Shown one piece after another: positions 60,665 through 64,000 of a DNA stretch of 64,000 nucleotides. Each line of letters begins with the position of its first letter. The first letter of the stretch is position 1. Under the pieces are notes generated by a model. That model ran no database searches. It saw nothing but the letters and a program-made list of their open reading frames with translations, and was not told the origin of the DNA. A program made the translations under genes and the position numbers. The DNA is from an uncultured virus (IMG/VR IMGVR_UViG_3300042691_055981) (Duplodnaviria > Heunggongvirae > Uroviricota > Caudoviricetes), in IMG/VR virus record IMGVR_UViG_3300042691_055981; one strand, given 5' to 3'.

Positions 60665-61363
60665 TAATTTGTAAATAATGTTGCTACATCTGTAGTTTGC
60701 AGATGGCAGATTGGGATCGGGCTTCTTATTGAAGTCTTTTCTCCTCTCATCTCTAATTTTATCAAAAAGAATAGACACCTTCACGGTCTGACTAATAATT
60801 TCTTCTAGTTCCTCTTGATTTCCAGAATAACCCTCAAGCATATTTTTGAGTGTCATGTACTCTTCTAGCACTTCATTGAACTCTTTTAAAGACGAGCAAT
60901 TTTTAATTATATCCTCAATATCGTCTTCGCTTATTGCCTCAGGTTTCTTTATCCATTTCTCGTTGGATAAATCATAGATTGCGTCTGCTTTAAATTTAAG
61001 ATATCTACGAGGGGAAAAGTAAAAATTCACAGGATGCTCATTTACAAATAGCTTCTCGTTAAAGCTATCAGCGGCAAGGGTATTCAGCTCTTTGTATTGA
61101 TCACCATCCAGCTCTTTCTTTAAAAAAATTGTAATATCTATGTCGGAATCTTTTTTCCATTGGTGAGTGAGGGTAGAGCCTAACGCCCAAATCTTATCCA
61201 CTTCATACCCAATCTGAGATGAGATCTTAGAAATCATGTTCAAGATTTTGTCTCTGATACTAGATCTGATTTTATCATCCACGATGATAGCTGGATCAAA
61301 TCCTGGCTTGATGGGGTCAATCACGCTATATTCTTGGGTTTTAGGCCGCATAAAGATTGACAT
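60593..61363 (-). CDS. Pol-beta-fold nucleotidyltransferase
   Basis: LGS...W...SDIDI motif; YDL...KWIKKP. Confidence 0.75.
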   Translation of the reverse strand: MSIFMRPKTQEYSVIDPIKPGFDPAIIVDDKIRSSIRDKILNMISKISSQIGYEVDKIWALGSTLTHQWKKDSDIDITIFLKKELDGDQYKELNTLAADSFNEKLFVNEHPVNFYFSPRRYLKFKADAIYDLSNEKWIKKPEAISEDDIEDIIKNCSSLKEFNEVLEEYMTLKNMLEGYSGNQEELEEIISQTVKVSILFDKIRDERRKDFNKKPDPNLPSANYRCSNIIYKLLEHYGLGDIVKEVTGFLESRLEN

Positions 61364-61507
61364 AGTTAATTATTTCTCTATTTATGAAGCTGATTCCTAA
61401 TTATAACAACACACATCCCGATTGTGAAGCCGCCAAGCACACCCCCAAGCAAAGCGGGATCTATGCATAAAAGCAATAGACAAATCGTAAGAATAAAAAA
61501 ATTATTC

Positions 61508-61804
61508 TTATTTGCCGCAGCCGCAATCGGCTTCTTCAATGTAAGATTTTTCCACTTTCTGCCAACACATAACGAGTGCATCGCCTTCTTCAGTCCATTT
61601 AACATAATCATCCTCGATTATTAGATCGTCTGCTGCAAAATAAGTTTGTGCCGCTTTAACAGCATTTTTCCTTAAAAGCTTTGGATTATCTAAAGAAAAA
61701 TTAACAAGCTTCGATCTAACATTAAAGTTTAAGGCGTGAAGATTGCAGTGCTTCAGCGTTTCAGTGATAATTTGTATTTCTTCGTCAGATAAATCAATCC
61801 ACAT
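61508..61804 (-). CDS. hypothetical protein
   Basis: ORF track. Confidence 0.55.
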   Translation of the reverse strand: MWIDLSDEEIQIITETLKHCNLHALNFNVRSKLVNFSLDNPKLLRKNAVKAAQTYFAADDLIIEDDYVKWTEEGDALVMCWQKVEKSYIEEADCGCGK

Positions 61805-61808
61805 AATC

Positions 61809-62525
61809 TTAGCTCTTTGATGAATTATACAAATTAAAGTTCAAATTTTTCGCCTTATTACTCTTTAGAAGATCATCAACAACTTTTCCTACTTTGAGCT
61901 TAGTTTGCAAATCTGTAGCTGTGATCTTGCCGCTGTCCCCGCCTTTTCTCTGCCATGTGATATGTTTGCCTAGACAGATCGTGGTTTTCTTGTCACTGAT
62001 AGTAAGCGGCTCTGACATAAGTAAACCAACAACATCATCATCTTTAGCCACCGTGATTCTACCATTCCAATTCACAAATACAAAATAATCTACATTGGAA
62101 TGTTCCATTAATGCACTGAGGATGATCTCTTCTTGAAACAAATGAATTGAGTTTTTAAAATCATCACTCAGCTGAAAGGGCTTCATTCGTTTCTTTTCTG
62201 GATAATATTCGCGGCCTGTGAACTTCGAAAGTTGATCTGCGTAGGATGAAGCAAGAGTGTCTCCCCATTTAGATACAGCACGTCGGTCTACTTGATTGAA
62301 TCCTTGACCGTTATATCTCTTGACTTGGAGATTCTTAGTAATAGCCCCATCTAAGCTCTTAATGATCAGATCGTGTTTTTGCCGGTCAACCACTTCAGCC
62401 ACGGAGGAAAAAGGCATATCTATCATTTTGCAAAAGTCGCTTCTAAAATCAGGATTTGTGTTAAAGATTTCCTTGATGGATTCTTCTAAGGCAAATCCTG
62501 ATTTAGCAATCTCAGATCCTGTCAT
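61809..62525 (-). CDS. type II restriction endonuclease, HinP1I family (predicted GCGC)
   Basis: GS.IAK.GF..E, K.D, N.QVK...GFNQ.D, FTG, KRM, T.QRKGGD.G..TA..LQ.K match R.HinP1I as recalled. Confidence 0.82.
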   Translation of the reverse strand: MTGSEIAKSGFALEESIKEIFNTNPDFRSDFCKMIDMPFSSVAEVVDRQKHDLIIKSLDGAITKNLQVKRYNGQGFNQVDRRAVSKWGDTLASSYADQLSKFTGREYYPEKKRMKPFQLSDDFKNSIHLFQEEIILSALMEHSNVDYFVFVNWNGRITVAKDDDVVGLLMSEPLTISDKKTTICLGKHITWQRKGGDSGKITATDLQTKLKVGKVVDDLLKSNKAKNLNFNLYNSSKS

Positions 62526-62542
62526 GCTTTAATATACGCTGA

Positions 62543-63007
62543 TTAAAGCAAGCATTTTCCTATGATTTGGCTTTTATGAATTAAACCGAAATTTTTTGAA
62601 TCAAAAGAGCCAGATCTGTTATCCCCTTCAACGAAGTAATAATTCTCGGGGATTTCCTTCAAAGATATTTTTTTGTTATTTTGTATGTGAAAGTTCAAAC
62701 CAGCTTTTTCTGACGCAAGCATATAACTGGCTTCTTTATTCAAATTTTCGACATACTTTTCGCCACGCATAGCTGTAATTCTTTTAACAATGATTCCGTT
62801 TTTCATTTTAATTACTATAATATCGTCTAGGAAAAGTGGATTGATTTCTTTCGTAGCAAGAACAAGTTGATTGTTCTTCAGAACGGGCTCCATAGAGCCG
62901 CCTTGGACAACAACAAAAAAATCATTACTGGGCTTAGACACGCACAAGAATATGCAGATAGCAAAAAACAATCTGAGAAACCGCTTGAAATTATTAGATA
63001 GTTTCAT
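62543..63007 (-). CDS. lepB: signal peptidase I (S26)
   Basis: TM anchor, GSMEP (Ser), VKRI (Lys), GDNR..S.DS..FG. Confidence 0.9.
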   Translation of the reverse strand: MKLSNNFKRFLRLFFAICIFLCVSKPSNDFFVVVQGGSMEPVLKNNQLVLATKEINPLFLDDIIVIKMKNGIIVKRITAMRGEKYVENLNKEASYMLASEKAGLNFHIQNNKKISLKEIPENYYFVEGDNRSGSFDSKNFGLIHKSQIIGKCLL

Positions 63008-63080
63008 TGTTTGTGCCCTTATATTATTTCTCTAAGGCTGGGCACAAACCTGGGGGAATTGTTAAGACAAAGTGAAGGTG

Positions 63081-63470
63081 TGGTGGAGGCGTCGGGGTTC
63101 GAACCCGATTGTTTTCGAATCAGCGTCTGGCTTCTACACAATTAGTTTATTTGTTACCGACTTTTGATCAATAAGCACAATTAAACAAAGCTTTATGATC
63201 TTGCATCTTGATTTTTATATCATACAAGATTTGATATTTTTCACCAGATTCATTTAAAGAAAATAGAACGCTACTGGTTCGCCTTCATATTTTCCAGACC
63301 GCTTAAGCAGTCATTGTAGCCGCACCATAGCCGAAGCCAGGATTGAATCTACGGGTTTTCTTTGATGTTTTTGCATCTATTTTTTGATCTTCTTTTTAAG
63401 TGGCCGGAAGATCAACCACTTTGTGCGACCTAGAGTCTGACATTCGAAAGTCGATACCAAACTCGCCCCC
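63081..63470 (-). ncRNA. ssrA: tmRNA; tag ORF 63374-63303 encodes AKTSKKTRRFNPGFGYGAATMTA*
   Basis: 5' GGGGGCG...GGTATCGAC, 3' GGGTTCGAACCCCGACGCCTCCACCA, G3-U70 pair, AATAGAT-GCA resume context. Confidence 0.9.
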
Positions 63471-63521
63471 ATACAACTATATTATACGATTTTAAACGCG
63501 GAAAAACCTATTATTTGCAAT

Positions 63522-63869
63522 TTAATCACAATCTTGAGAAATCCATCTTCTCATTTGTAGATGGTCAAAAGCGTTTCTCAAGATGTCAACAGATAAATCA
63601 CAATCTGACATTGATCTGAACACCTTCTCAATGGCGTATAACGCATTTCCACGCTCGACAGAAGAATAATCTGCGGAAGCAACATCCGCTGAGAAATAAG
63701 CAACAGAAAAGCCCCTAGTGCCCTCTGCCAGATACTCCATCGCTAGGGTGATTATTGCCTGTGCTTCCTTTAGCGTGTTTCTGTATGTTCCTTGGTACAT
63801 ATTTTTCAATTCGCCAGAAACAAAAAAATTCCTCAGACCATTAAGATCTGAGGAACGCAATGCAATCAA
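63522..63869 (-). CDS. hypothetical protein
   Basis: ORF track; start uncertain. Confidence 0.5.
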   Translation of the reverse strand: MIALRSSDLNGLRNFFVSGELKNMYQGTYRNTLKEAQAIITLAMEYLAEGTRGFSVAYFSADVASADYSSVERGNALYAIEKVFRSMSDCDLSVDILRNAFDHLQMRRWISQDCD

Positions 63870-64000
63870 AAGTAATCGTTACTTACCGAATGGGATCGAG
63901 AATCCAAGACCAAATACATAGCCCCGGTTGCCATCCTGGAGTCGGAAGTTATCAGCAAGATTAAGACCCTTCATACCTCCGAAGAGAGTGAGCTTATATC

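Noticed and set aside
47026..63470. Bacterial chromosome origin of the window because of dnaK, clpP, infC and ssrA
   Set aside because: Usual neighbours (grpE/dnaJ, tig/clpX, rpmI/rplT, smpB) are missing and the context is phage-like
1..64000. Alternative genetic code
   Set aside because: Conserved genes (dnaK, clpP, ligases) are full length in code 11 and TAA, TAG and TGA all end genes

Overview
This AT-rich (roughly 35-40% GC by eye), densely packed window looks like part of a large (jumbo-type) bacteriophage genome, although no capsid, portal or terminase gene is present. Bases 1-47 kb are a mostly minus-strand array of small accessory genes. At least 33 of these genes or mini-operons begin at a near-identical 38-bp element, TTCCAT-N17-TATAAT-N6-ATG, which reads as a sigma70-like promoter making leaderless mRNA and has CACAATCT in its spacer. 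The array holds eight paralogous 23-aa Trp-repeat proteins, a second family of about 10 paralogs, three Lar-like proteins, an LRR protein, DNA ligase, IF3, RNA ligase plus Pnk, a truncated secretin, a 2H phosphoesterase, NADAR, three tRNAs (two or three atypical) and two TnpB-only IS200/IS605 elements. A candidate replication origin (21-bp CACAATCT repeats, AT-rich tract, strand-skew flip) lies at about 4.7-5.4 kb. Bases 47-64 kb carry dnaK, three paralogous ~810-aa tail-fibre-like genes, phosphatases, clpP, a nucleotidyltransferase, signal peptidase I, a tmRNA and a solitary HinP1I-like (GCGC) restriction endonuclease. A by-eye scan found no GCGC in the whole window. All calls come from reading the sequence and recalling family motifs; no searches or counting programs were run.
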